NCBI RefSeq assembly: GCF_001194135.2
Contig: NC_068981.1
Location: 100,269,331-100,305,927 of the forward strand
Reading direction: 5' to 3'
Source: Octopus bimaculoides
Lineage: Eukaryota
DNA: 36,597 bases
Position numbers and translations under genes: made by a program
Shown here: piece after piece, positions 25,128 to 35,815 of the stretch
Layout: the number at the start of each line of letters is the position of its first letter
Numbering within the stretch: position 1 is the first letter of the stretch
Notes under the pieces: generated by a model
Database searches by the model: none
What the model was told of the DNA's origin: nothing
Seen by the model: only the letters and a program-made list of their open reading frames with translations

Positions 25128-25234
25128 CAGAGATACTTTGAACTGCAGGTGTACTCTGAGCACATTTTGTAACACCTTTTCCATTTCAAACATTTGAAAA
25201 AGAAGTTTTATTTGATACAAAACACACATTATCA

Positions 25235-25500
25235 TCGTTTTAACATTTACTTTTCAAATCTGGCATGGGTCAGATGGAATTTGCTGAGGCAGATTTTTCC
25301 ATGGTTGGATGACCTTACAGTCATCAACTCTTGCCCATTTCCATGCAAGATATCATTTCCCCATGACCAGACATGCTTTTATGGAAGATTAGAAATGAAG
25401 GACACTATGATGCTGACACTCACAACTATCATACTTTATCAAGGAAAGAGACATGCACACATGCACTCATACACACACACGCACACACAATACAAATGTG
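25235..25500 (-). mobile_element. SINE tail module with RTE-like 3' end plus (CA)n
   Basis: Reverse complement of the 23750-23997 module. Confidence 0.65.
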
Positions 25501-25734
25501 TTTGTGTGTGTACGTATATGTGAGTTAGTAATTTTCAAATGAAACTATAGTATAGTGATCTTGCTCACTGTGGGATGGTTATCTCCCTGTCAGTGTATGA
25601 AAATGTGCTTCTTGTGGCTTAATTCTAGCAATGTAGGTGCTAGTCTGCACCCTCAGTCACAACTGGTGACAATTGAAATTTTTCTTTATGGTTTTATATT
25701 GCATATCACTGCCTTCATTATTTTATATATATAT

Positions 25735-26960
25735 ATCACAGCTGCATCTTTGTTACACAAGAAAAGCCATTACCAAGAAGATTTACTGAAATGATTCATT
25801 ATTGTTACCACGTGATGCTTTTATATGACTTTTAAGCCCGGCCAAGCTTTTACACATTTTATTACATACTAGAAAACTGTGCTGGTGGCAGGAGAAACAT
25901 GTGCCATCATATGCACTCTCTTAACATGTCTTTTTAGACCTCCAACTGAGAGGCACATCCTTCCACATTTTACACATGTTCTGTTCTGAATTTTAATAGT
26001 CACATCACTGTTTATCATAGGTCGATTTCTATGAGAATTTTGATGGCTCGCCAGGCCTGCATGACTCAAACAACTCCGCTCACAAACCACACACATAAAA
26101 AGCAACACTCTCTCACTTTCCACAGGTTTCCCCTTCTGAGCCCCCTCCTAGTTCTCTCATACTTCACTCTCTCCCTCTCAAACTTTGAACAACCATCATG
26201 CACTATCTTCCTCCATCCATCATGGTCTTGTTCCTCTCTCTCCCAATTACCAGCTGCAATTCCTCTCAAGCACCACCACATTACTAATGGGCATTTTCCA
26301 ATTTATCCCCCAAATTTTTCTCAGACAGCATTGATGAAATCATTCCAATTGCCTTACCTGCCTACGGTAAACAACCCATGCCTCACTTCCATATAGCAAA
26401 GATGGAAGGACACATGTGTTATATACCTTAACTTTAATTTGTGAAGATATATTATGTTGTTTCTACAGATGCCTATCAAGCCTACCAAAAAGCACTACTA
26501 GCCCTGCTGATTCTGTATGAAATTTCATCATCAAGACCAGCAGTGTTCAAGGTACTTCCTAAATAAATAAATCTAGGTACAGTCTCCAACCTTTGACCAT
26601 TCACAGTTATAGAAGATTCCACATACATCTTGGAAGGAGTGGGCTGGTAGATTATAACAGTTTTTTTTTAGATTGATTGTTAGACCCAATGCTGCACATG
26701 CTGCAGAAATCACATTCACCACATTGGCATATCTTTCTGTGAATGTGCCAACAGGTCATAATCATCTGCAATCAGAAATCCAACAAAGTGAGAATGCAGA
26801 ACTTTCGTTTTGGCACATAGTGTTTTGAGATTGAACAGTTTTCCTGTTGTCCAATATCTGATATAGACTCCTTCAGGTCAATCTTTAAAAGTTATTTGGC
26901 AGACTATTGCAAAATATATAGCAAACAGTTCAGGAGCAGGAATATCACCTTGCTTTACAC

Positions 26961-26962
<2 letters not shown>
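25735..26962 (-). mobile_element. 5'-truncated, internally deleted RTE LINE of the same family as 19735-22642, with C-terminal tandem C2H2-like fingers
   Basis: 26264-26962 is an inverted copy of 21792-22488 (~90% by eye). It then jumps to IAAGNWEREEQDHDGWRKIVHDG, followed by CVVCERSCLSHAGLASHQNSH, CVKCGRMCLSVGGLKRHVKRVH and a frameshifted third finger; it ends near a (TA)n tract. Confidence 0.92.

Positions 26963-27001
<39 letters not shown>
26962..27001. repeat. (CA)n(TA)n microsatellite
   Basis: Visible directly; abuts the 5' truncation point of the minus-strand RTE. Confidence 0.95.
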
Positions 27002-27002
<1 letters not shown>

Positions 27003-28086
27003 AACAAATAGTAAATGAGTATATGCATATATACGTACAGGTATGTGCATACCGACATCCACTTGTATGTATAGGTGCATATCTGGGTACAGGACATTGC
27101 AACAAAACGTAGACAAGAAAACACACNNNNNNNNNNNNNNNNNNNNNNNNNNNNNNNNNNNNNNNNNNNNNNNNNNNNNNNNNNNNNNNNNNNNNNNNNN
27201 NNNNNNNNNNNNNNNNNNNNNNNNNNNNNNNNNNNNNNNNNNNNNNNNNNNNNNNNNNNNNNNNNNNNNNNNNNNNNNNNNNNNNNNNNNNNNNNNNNNN
27301 NNNNNNNNNNNNNNNNNNNNNNNNNNNNNNNNNNNNNNNNNNNNNNNNNNNNNNNNNNNNNNNNNNNNNNNNNNNNNNNNNNNNNNNNNNNNNNNNNNNN
27401 NNNNNNNNNNNNNNNNNNNNNNNNNNNNNNNNNNNNNNNNNNNNNNNNNNNNNNNNNNNNNNNNNNNNNNNNNNNNNNNNNNNNNNNNNNNNNNNNNNNN
27501 NNNNNNNNNNNNNNNNNNNNNNNNNNNNNNNNNNNNNNNNNNNNNNNNNNNNNNNNNNNNNNNNNNNNNNNNNNNNNNNNNNNNNNNNNNNNNNNNNNNN
27601 NNNNNNNNNNNNNNNNNNNNNNNNNNNNNNNNNNNNNNNNNNNNNNNNNNNNNNNNNNNNNNNNNNNNNNNNNNNNNNNNNNNNNNNNNNNNNNNNNNNN
27701 NNNNNNNNNNNNNNNNNNNNNNNNNNNNNNNNNNNNNNNNNNNNNNNNNNNNNNNNNNNNNNNNNNNNNNNNNNNNNNNNNNNNNNNNNNNNNNNNNNNN
27801 NNNNNNNNNNNNNNNNNNNNNNNNNNNNNNNNNNNNNNNNNNNNNNNNNNNNNNNNNNNNNNNNNNNNNNNNNNNNNNNNNNNNNNNNNNGGAAAATATA
27901 AAGTTGCGAAAACTACTTACAGATTGGTGACGCTGCGTTCGGTCATGTAAAAACAAATAGTAAATGAGTATATGCATATATACGTACAGGTATGTGCATA
28001 CCGACATCCACTTGTATGTATAGGTGCATATCTGGGTACAGGACATTGCAACAAAACGTAGACAAGAAAACACACAAGCCACATGA

Positions 28087-28467
28087 GGCGCAATGGCCTA
28101 GTGGTTAGGGCAGCGGACTTGCAGTCATAGGATCGCAGTTTCGAATCCCAGACCAGGTGTTGTGAGTGTTTATTGAGCGAAAACACCTAAAGCTCCACAA
28201 GGTTCCGGTAGGGGATGGTGACGAACCCTGCTGTACTCTTTCACCACAACTTTCTCTCACTCTTACTTCCTGTTTCTGTTGTGACTGTAATTCAAAGGGC
28301 CAGCTTCGTCACACTCTGTGTCACGCTGAATATCCCCAAGAACTATGTTAAGGGTACACATGTCTGTGGAGTGCTTAGCCACTTGCACGTTGATTTCACG
28401 AGCAGGCTGTTTCGTTGATCGGATCAACTGGAACCCTCGACGTCGTAAGCGACGGAGTGCCAACAAC
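28087..28467 (+). mobile_element. Young, CpG-retaining tRNA-derived SINE with (CAA)n tail
   Basis: A-box tggcctagtgg (28094-28104), B-box gtttcgaatcc (28138-28148), body of ~380 bp with many CpGs, tail gacggagtgccaacaac running into the gap. Confidence 0.85.
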
Positions 28468-28956
28468 NNNNNNNNNNNNNNNNNNNNNNNNNNNNNNNNN
28501 NNNNNNNNNNNNNNNNNNNNNNNNNNNNNNNNNNNNNNNNNNNNNNNNNNNNNNNNNNNNNNNNNNNNNNNNNNNNNNNNNNNNNNNNNNNNNNNNNNNN
28601 NNNNNNNNNNNNNNNNNNNNNNNNNNNNNNNNNNNNNNNNNNNNNNNNNNNNNNNNNNNNNNNNNNNNNNNNNNNNNNNNNNNNNNNNNNNNNNNNNNNN
28701 NNNNNNNNNNNNNNNNNNNNNNNNNNNNNNNNNNNNNNNNNNNNNNNNNNNNNNNNNNNNNNNNNNNNNNNNNNNNNNNNNNNNNNNNNNNNNNNNNNNN
28801 NNNNNNNNNNNNNNNNNNNNNNNNNNNNNNNNNNNNNNNNNNNNNNNNNNNNNNNNNNNNNNNNNNNNNNNNNNNNNNNNNNNNNNNNNNNNNNNNNNNN
28901 NNNNNNNNNNNNNNNNNNNNNNNNNNNNNNNNNNNNNNNNNNNNNNNNNNNNNNNN

Positions 28957-29008
<52 letters not shown>
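28957..29008. repeat. (TG)n microsatellite at gap edge
   Basis: Visible directly. Confidence 0.95.
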
Positions 29009-29012
<4 letters not shown>

Positions 29013-29039
29013 ATATACACGCGCACGCACATATATAAT

Positions 29040-29198
29040 AAACCTCTTTTGGTTTTGGTCTGTCAAATTCACTCAAAGACTTCAGTCAGCCCAGAGCTAA
29101 TGTAGAAGACATCTGATCAAGATGGCATACAGTGGGACTGAACCTGGAACCATATGATTGGGAACCAAACTTCTTACCACACAGCTGTGCCTACGCCT
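29040..29198 (-). mobile_element. SINE head
   Basis: gtagaagacatctgatcaag...gggactgaacctggaacc...cttaccacacagc is the reverse complement of the recurrent head. Confidence 0.75.
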
Positions 29199-29834
29199 AT
29201 TAGATTAAGAAAAGCAATTTTGTTTTTCAATTATCATCTTAATGTATTTGTGAGTATTGTGTAGGATGCAGAAAGTGTATAACAGTTTTGGAATTACAGG
29301 GTTTACAGATATATTCAAGAGATTTTAAGATGAAATGAATCAAAACTTGAGTTTTCTGAAAATGTATAAAGGAATTCAAAAGTTTTTAGAAGATATGAAA
29401 CACAAATTTGTTAAATATATCAACATGGTCAAAACTGTGAGAATTTAAAGGGACAGCAGGATTTGTTCCTACTCACAGTGTCTGAGTTCAAATCCTGCTG
29501 AGATCAACATTACTTTTTCGCCTTTCAGGTTCAAGAAAAAGAAAAAGTACCATTCCAGGATAGTGAATTGGTGAAACTATAATAAAGACAGATCAAATGC
29601 TGTGCAGTACTTCATCTTTGCAGTCAGAGTTCAAATCTTGCCAAGGCCTACTTGGGAGATAGACTTACTCTATCACTCAGTTTAACACTACCACTTGGGA
29701 CCTTGGGGACTTTAGTGGAGTCCACTCTGTTGCAAACAACCAGATTAGGTCTTCAGTTTCAGGATACTTTTCTCTTTTCCTCTCACCAATCTCAGAGACC
29801 CTGTAAGGAGTCATTGGACATTATTATGCCTCTT

Positions 29835-30416
29835 ATGCTTACTTTGTAACCACATGGTTTCTGGTTCAGTTCCACAACATAACACCTTGGACAAATTTTT
29901 TCTACACTGGTCCCACCCAGTAGCCTTGTGATTGAACTTGATAGATGGAAACTGTGGAAGCCCATTGTATATATCATCATCATCATCATCATTTAATGTC
30001 CACTGTCCATGCTGGCTTGGGTTGGACGATGTGACCAGAGCTGGCAAGCCGGGGGGTGGGGGCTGCACCAGACTCCAGTCTGATTTGGCATGGTCTCTAT
30101 GGCTGGATGGCCTTCCTAATGCCAACCACTTTGCAGAGTGTACTGGATACTTTTACATGACACTGCATGGGCGCTTTTACATGGAACAACAGTCTGTGTG
30201 TGTCTTTGTGCCTTTGAGTTTATCCCCCACCACTGCTTAACAACAGGTTTGTTTTGTTTACATCTCCATAACTTAGCAGTTTGGCATAAAGAAACCAATA
30301 GAATAAGTACCAAACTTATAAAAATAAGTACTGAGGTCGATCAGTTCAACCAAACTCTTCAAGATGGTGCCCCAGCATGGCCAGAGTTCAATGACTGAAA
30401 CAGTGAAAGATAAAAG
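29835..30416 (+). mobile_element. Composite SINE (head 29835-29973, tail 30192-30416) interrupted by an antisense RTE 3'UTR
   Basis: Head and tail modules as in 24666-25127, separated by the nested element. Confidence 0.75.
29974..30190 (-). mobile_element. RTE 3'UTR fragment with (GAT)n tail, nested
   Basis: (cat)n ttaatgtccactgtccatgctggcttgggttggacg...ggatggccttcctaatgccaaccac is the reverse complement of the 3' part of 265-716. Confidence 0.8.
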
Positions 30417-30879
30417 GTAAAGAATAACCTTAAGAGGCAATGGAAAATTTAAAATCCATTCAAAATAAAGCCATAAAAACAAATTCTGAATATAAAAATC
30501 TTATTAAAATTTTTGCTCCTCATTTAAAAGGGGTCTTGATATTTTCATATTTTATATATTTTTTTGATATTTGCTTAGCCTCTTAAGTTTTGTAATTTTT
30601 TTAATTTTAAAAAATTTTTGGCTCTGGTAATCTTTTCATAAAAACTATAATCTCATTTACAGAAATGTTCACCAATTAATTAAAATTTTTTTATTTAATG
30701 GATTTGAATCATATTTCATCCACTCTTCCCCCACCTCACCCCACCTCTGGGACCTTTCTAGTGAATGTTTTTTTAACTAATAACTTGCCATCATTTTCAA
30801 TCCATTACAGTTTATTGAAAATGACCCAGCTATTCAGTAATGTAACATTCATTAATTCAAACGGTATCCTTACAGTAAC

Positions 30880-31010
30880 TCCTTCTCAGTGCTGCTTCCA
30901 TGCTTTCAATATGTTAGTGTCCACTTTTAGTGCTGATTTTGAAATTAATTGAACCACATGTGATCATTTATCAGCTTCCAGTCAATTAGGTTGATGGAAA
31001 ATCAAAATAT
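30880..31010 (-). pseudogene. Highly degenerate hAT (Charlie/Buster-type) transposase C-terminal dimerisation motif
   Basis: With one frameshift the minus strand reads FDFPST*LT-EADK*SHVVQLISKS, resembling the AFPS(S/T)YLVExGFSxVxxLLxK motif. Confidence 0.4.
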
Positions 31011-31124
31011 CATAAAAATTTCTTGGTTATCCTATTATTTTATTATTCTAATCCTAACTTTATTTTCACTTCTTTTAACTTCTTGTCTTGTAGTCTTTAT
31101 TGTGATTTATTTCTTCTCACAGGT

Positions 31125-31720
31125 TGCACTTTTATTTCTTCTCATAGTTTCAGAGTAATCAGACGTTTTTCTTCTTGTACAAATAATTCGCTAAATCAAT
31201 ACTACTGAACAAATTATCTGTGAGAGTAATTCTTCTCTCATTAGGTAATGCTTAATGTAATTCAGTATTCACAGATACAGAATGGTCCAAGATAAATAGA
31301 GAGTGTTGTACTACATTTTGAATGAAGCTACTCATCTCAGTAATATGGTGCAATGAGTTAGTGCTTAATTTTTATAAGAGGAATCCGTAGGCTAAATCTT
31401 CATAACTTTACCCATTCTGATCTGATGTCATATCATCTGCAATACTCAAATGTTTGAAATGTTATCTAACTGTTTCCTCTGTAAGTCAACTATAGTTTTT
31501 CCTACTCTACTATATGCCTTGCAGCAATTCTTCATCTATTGTAAATCAATTATTTGCAACAAAAACTTAACTAAAAGTTTGAATAAACTCTTGACACAAT
31601 ACAATGATATTGGGGTTAAGAAGCATGTACATTTTATCAAACTTGGTAGAATACTAAGTATTGATTTACTGGCAATCTGCCTTAAATATCATTTGACTTT
31701 ATGTGCATCATTTCAGATGT
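31125..31720 (-). pseudogene. Degenerate piggyBac transposase fragment
   Basis: The minus strand gives FTIDEELL (31522-31545; cf. TIDEQLL, first catalytic Asp), ITLTDNLFSSIDLANYLYKKKN (31165-31230; cf. TDNWFTSIPLA, second Asp) and ETMRRNK (cf. GTVRSNK). Confidence 0.6.
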
Positions 31721-33522
31721 TCTTTACTATGTTCAATTCTATGACACTCCAGTGATAGGATCTTCAAGTTGTACACAGTAGAGAAATACAAGACACTAGA
31801 GTTGATAAGATTCAGAACATGTGTAGTAGTTTAGCTTTACAGCCAGTTAAGAATCATTTATCTTGCTTGAGACATCATATGATAAAAGTATTTTCTAAAA
31901 TTCTTTTTATTAGTTACTTCAAGGAAGAAGGACAGTGACCATAATTTCTACAGGGTCTCCCAGATAGTAAAGTTGATGCGATTGATGTTCAGTTTGAACA
32001 TCTGTTAGTGAAGGCTTAAAGAAAATATGTAAGCAGGGAATTTTGAAATTTCAAGGAAGGAATAATATAACGTACAAGTTTAGTCTGAGGTCTGGAGACT
32101 GAGTTACAGTAGGGCTGGTGACAAGAGGAAAGATAGCTGTGGTAGGCATGCAGAAGGGTTGAAAGTATGTATTTACAGGACCAAACTCATCCAGAAATAT
32201 GGAAACTCCAGAAAACTAGTTAGTTTTGAAACTGGTTGATTTTGAATTTGGTAGGTACAACAATAGTCTACCACACAGTCACTTTGTTTTGCTTTACATG
32301 GAATATGTGCCTTTGAATATTACCTGCCAGTAAATGTTTACAATTTTTTCTTATTTAGCTTGTTGTTTGGTCATACCTGAGGTTTTCATTGTGGCTTTGT
32401 TTGGAAGCTACTGCTCAGAGACATGCAAGAGATCATAGCCATGATATAGCACTCTGGGGCTTGGAAAATGGATGACAAACACTCATGTATTAATTTGTAC
32501 TTACATTTGTTAAATAGAATTACACTCCTGACTTTTCTTCATTTAATTGTTTATTGGCTGTGTTATACATGGTACAAATATTTTATACAGATATTTTAAA
32601 AATTTTAAATGGTTTAATAAAGACTAAACAGACCCTACTTTAGAAGTAGATTAATTTGTATCTGTTACATACAGATTTGTTCTTTGCTTGCCATTGTTTG
32701 TTGCATACTCTAAGTATGCATTTAACCTATATTCAGAAATCTGGCAAATCCAATCTGGACCCTCTCTGATCCCAAACCTGTTGGATAAATGGTTGTTATC
32801 TGTAGTTACTTCAGAGCAGCAATTGCTATAGTGGTGGTAGAAAAGTCAGAGTGGAAAAAAAACATCTGTGAATTATTGATTAGAGTATATTGATGACAGA
32901 GTTTATGTCAATCAGCTAAATAGCTTTGTAATTTAACTATTATTTAATATGCATACATGTGGTGTTTTCATACTTACAACCAGAACTGAATAATACAACT
33001 GGAAATAGTCTAGGTGACCATAGTAACAACACAACTGTATTGGATAAAGCTTAGAAAACAGTCACCAAGATTTTGTTATCATTATGGCTTATTCAACACA
33101 AATCTAAGTAAGGAAATTGTGTGGAGACCTAAATGCTTAGATATTGACCCTAGCTTACTAAACATCATTAGTATATTTTATATTACATATTAGAGAGAAT
33201 TCCAAAAAATACAGAACCCTACTAGCTTGCAAGAGCTCCAACATCGAGTACGCAGAAGGATGTGAAAGTTCCAACTTAAAATACCTGTTCTAAGAGCAAT
33301 GTTGTTGTGGACCTAACTCTTGGCATAAATAACCAGTTTTACATGGCCATACAGCTTTGCATTTTGTGGTAATTGGCCAAGATTTCTTGTATCAATATCT
33401 GGTGGGGCCCCTGTCCAAATTAACAGTAGATCATGTGGAGAGCTTCTGTAGCAAAAATGGATAAATAGGCATGGCTGTCTGGAATAACTCAGCTACTGTA
33501 TTTTGTTATAGCAAGGAATCTC

Positions 33523-34086
33523 GGATCTTTTTTAAAACGGGGGCCACATTTTTCATTAATGAAACACTTTGAAACTTGGAACACTGGTAGAATGTGCCAT
33601 ATAAAACATTTTTTTCTCTTAGTCTTCTTTAAAAAAAAGAAATCCCTAAGTTATTCCATGTTAAAGTGGTCGTATTTCTGTAATTTCAACCAATCACTGA
33701 CGTCCATTCAGCCGATATACATTAAGTGCCGACTACATAAACAAACGATTTTGAAACAATTCTATCGGTGATAGGGTTAGGGTTAGGGTTAGGGTAAAAC
33801 AGCAAATTTAAAAAGAAAAAAGCAAAACGAAGCTATGGAAATTAAATACGCTTTACACCGCTTAATCAGCCAAAGGAGTAAATGTAAACGACTGAATACT
33901 TGTCAGTGATTGGTTGAAATTATCGAAATAAGACAATTTTTTACATGAAATAAATTCGAATACAAAAATATTTTTCTGTTCTATAACACAAAATAGATAA
34001 GTATACGAAGTTTGAAAGTCTTTCGGTACCAAAAACACTACGTAAAACATTAATGAAAAATGTGGCCCCCGTTTTAAAAAAGATCC
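33523..34086. mobile_element. 564-bp MITE with perfect 39-bp TIRs and 8-bp TSD (superfamily uncertain: MULE- or Merlin-like GG ends)
   Basis: TIR ggatcttttttaaaacgggggccacatttttcattaatg at 33523-33561, with its exact reverse complement at 34048-34086. TSD ggaatctc at 33515-33522 and 34087-34094. Removing the element plus one TSD restores the Gypsy integrase frame. Confidence 0.95.
33772..33794 (+). repeat. Short telomeric-type repeat TAGGG(TTAGGG)3 inside the MITE
   Basis: atagggttagggttagggttagggtaaa is visible directly. Confidence 0.9.
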
Positions 34087-35596
34087 GGAATCTCCCCTTC
34101 TTTCCAGAAGATGTGAGGAAGACTTGTGCTTTTTGTAGGGTCTGTGGTGAATAAAAGCCTCACTCCTATCACCATGGGACTGTTATCAAAGATGGGACGT
34201 TTATCAAAGAAACAAAGCTTAAGGAACAGATTAGTATGGATTTCAAGGAACCTTTGCCTATTGTTCCATATAATTCATATTTATTTACAATAATTGATGA
34301 ACACTCACATTTCTCCCAAGTTTTTTCATGTCTGAATACACATACAACACTGGTTAGATGTCTGGAGCTCTTATTCAGCTTATATGAAATGCTGCATTAT
34401 ATACACTTCAGCTGAAGCACATCAGTACATCATTCATGTCCAGGGATTTAAAGGATTATCTTTCCCACGAGGAGATTCCACAAATCAAGCTACTCTATAT
34501 CATCCTATTGTGAATGAACAGAGAGGTTCAGTGGTATCATATGGAAGGTGGTCAGTTTGTCCCTTACATTATTTAATCAATATGAGAAACATTGAGAATC
34601 ACTGCTTCGTTAGGTACTACAACTCCAAAAGATCACCCCATGAATGCAGCTGCTTCAATTTAAATTTGCTGCCATCCTGGCCAATGACTCTTGGACCAGT
34701 ACTCCAGAGGAAATTCATGAGGAATAACAAGAACAAACCATTATTAGTAGATGAAGTTGAACTCCTTGACAATAATCAAACTTGAGCAAATATCAGATAC
34801 CCAGATGGATGGGAGTCTACAGTTTCTGTTTGTGAATTGGCATGTTGTCCTGAAGCCCACACTTCTATTGGGGAACAAAATAAAAGAAACTTGAATTCTA
34901 GGACCAAATGATAAGGAAGATATGGCATGCAACAGTATGAAGAATGATGAAACAATAGCTCTGCAGGAACTGATGAGATCCAGAAATGTACCAAAACTTT
35001 CCCATTGATAAATTGTTTTTAAAAATTTTCTTTTCTAAGAGGGAAAGGTGTAATGTTACTACTATTTAATGTGCATACCAATGGCTTTCCATACTTACAA
35101 CTGGAACTGAATAGTATGACAGAAAGTAGTTTAGGAGACATAGCGATATAACATAATATTACATAATATTCTGAACTGTTACTAAATAATTGAGTTGATT
35201 AAAGCTTGGAAAGCAGCCACCAAGTTTTTCATTATCATTATGAGCTTATTACAAATACATACACATTTCATTGGAAGTATTAGCATCAATATATTGATAT
35301 CCAATGGAAATTTCCTCCCATCTGTTTAATGTAGCTTAAATCAGAGTTTATTACTGGTTTAATGATCTTCTATAAATTTTGGGGACACTTATCACTATCA
35401 TTTATTACTAGCTGCACATAATCTGAGGATATGCCAATCTATATAGAATTTCATTATAGTAACTAAAAGTTAAGAAACTACCTGTAAACATAGGTAATAG
35501 TCTCCTAACTATCTTCGGGTTTTTTTAGGGATATTTTTATTTTCCTTTTAAGAAATTTTGTGGCCCATAAACACATACTTCAAAATTTATTAAATA

Positions 35597-35815
35597 CAGT
35601 AATACCTCACTTTACAAGGACCTGCTTTTTAAGACCCCAGGTTTATGAGTTTTATTTTTCAAGCACAAGATCTAAATTTTAAATGAAGTACAAAAGTTTC
35701 TACTACTATAATAAATGCTTCTGCATGTTACCAAGAAATTTATAGAGAGTGAAAAAAAAAAGCTTCTCAAAGCAAACAACTCTAGACTTGTTTTTTAAAA
35801 AGAAATCTATAAGTC
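35597..35815 (+). mobile_element. Tigger/pogo-like non-autonomous fragment (5' TIR + transposase C-terminal remnant)
   Basis: TA + cagtaatacctcactttac is a Tigger-type end. SACYQEIYRE*KKKASQ, then after a frameshift KQTTLDLFFKK, a Qxx(L)xxFF PIP-box-like C-terminus. No matching 3' TIR found. Confidence 0.55.

Larger units (their letters stand above)
32927..35259 (+). mobile_element. Internally deleted, degenerate Ty3/Gypsy LTR retrotransposon (integrase region plus two short LTRs)
   Basis: Related direct repeats 32927-33100 and 35049-35259 both start TGTAAT and end in CA; polypurine tract aagagggaaagg at 35037-35048. Integrase motifs: GITQLLYFVIARNLPFFPEDVRKTCAFCRVCGE (after removing the MITE), ISMDFKEPLP, YLFTIIDEHSHF, GPVLQRKFMRNNKNKPLLVDEVELLDNN, ANIRYPDGWESTVSV. 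No TSD or PBS recognised. Confidence 0.8.

Noticed and set aside
27915-27946. Minus-strand ATG...|gtaagt mini-exon (MTERSVTN)
   Set aside because: It is 26 nt, lies between a gap and a duplicated segment, and is indistinguishable from chance.
28087-28160. tRNA-like sequence
   Set aside because: A/B boxes are present but there is no complete cloverleaf, and it continues into a SINE body, so it is a SINE head and not a tRNA gene.
26955-29076. Long ORFs (200-375 aa) in the ORF track
   Set aside because: They consist almost entirely of X from N gaps plus microsatellite translation.
32359-32480. Acceptor-like site followed by a 38-codon frame (LVVWSYLRFSLWLCLE...)
   Set aside because: No recognisable protein and no strong donor.
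33772-33794. True telomere or chromosome fusion site
   Set aside because: Only about four units, single orientation, and enclosed in a TIR/TSD-bounded element.
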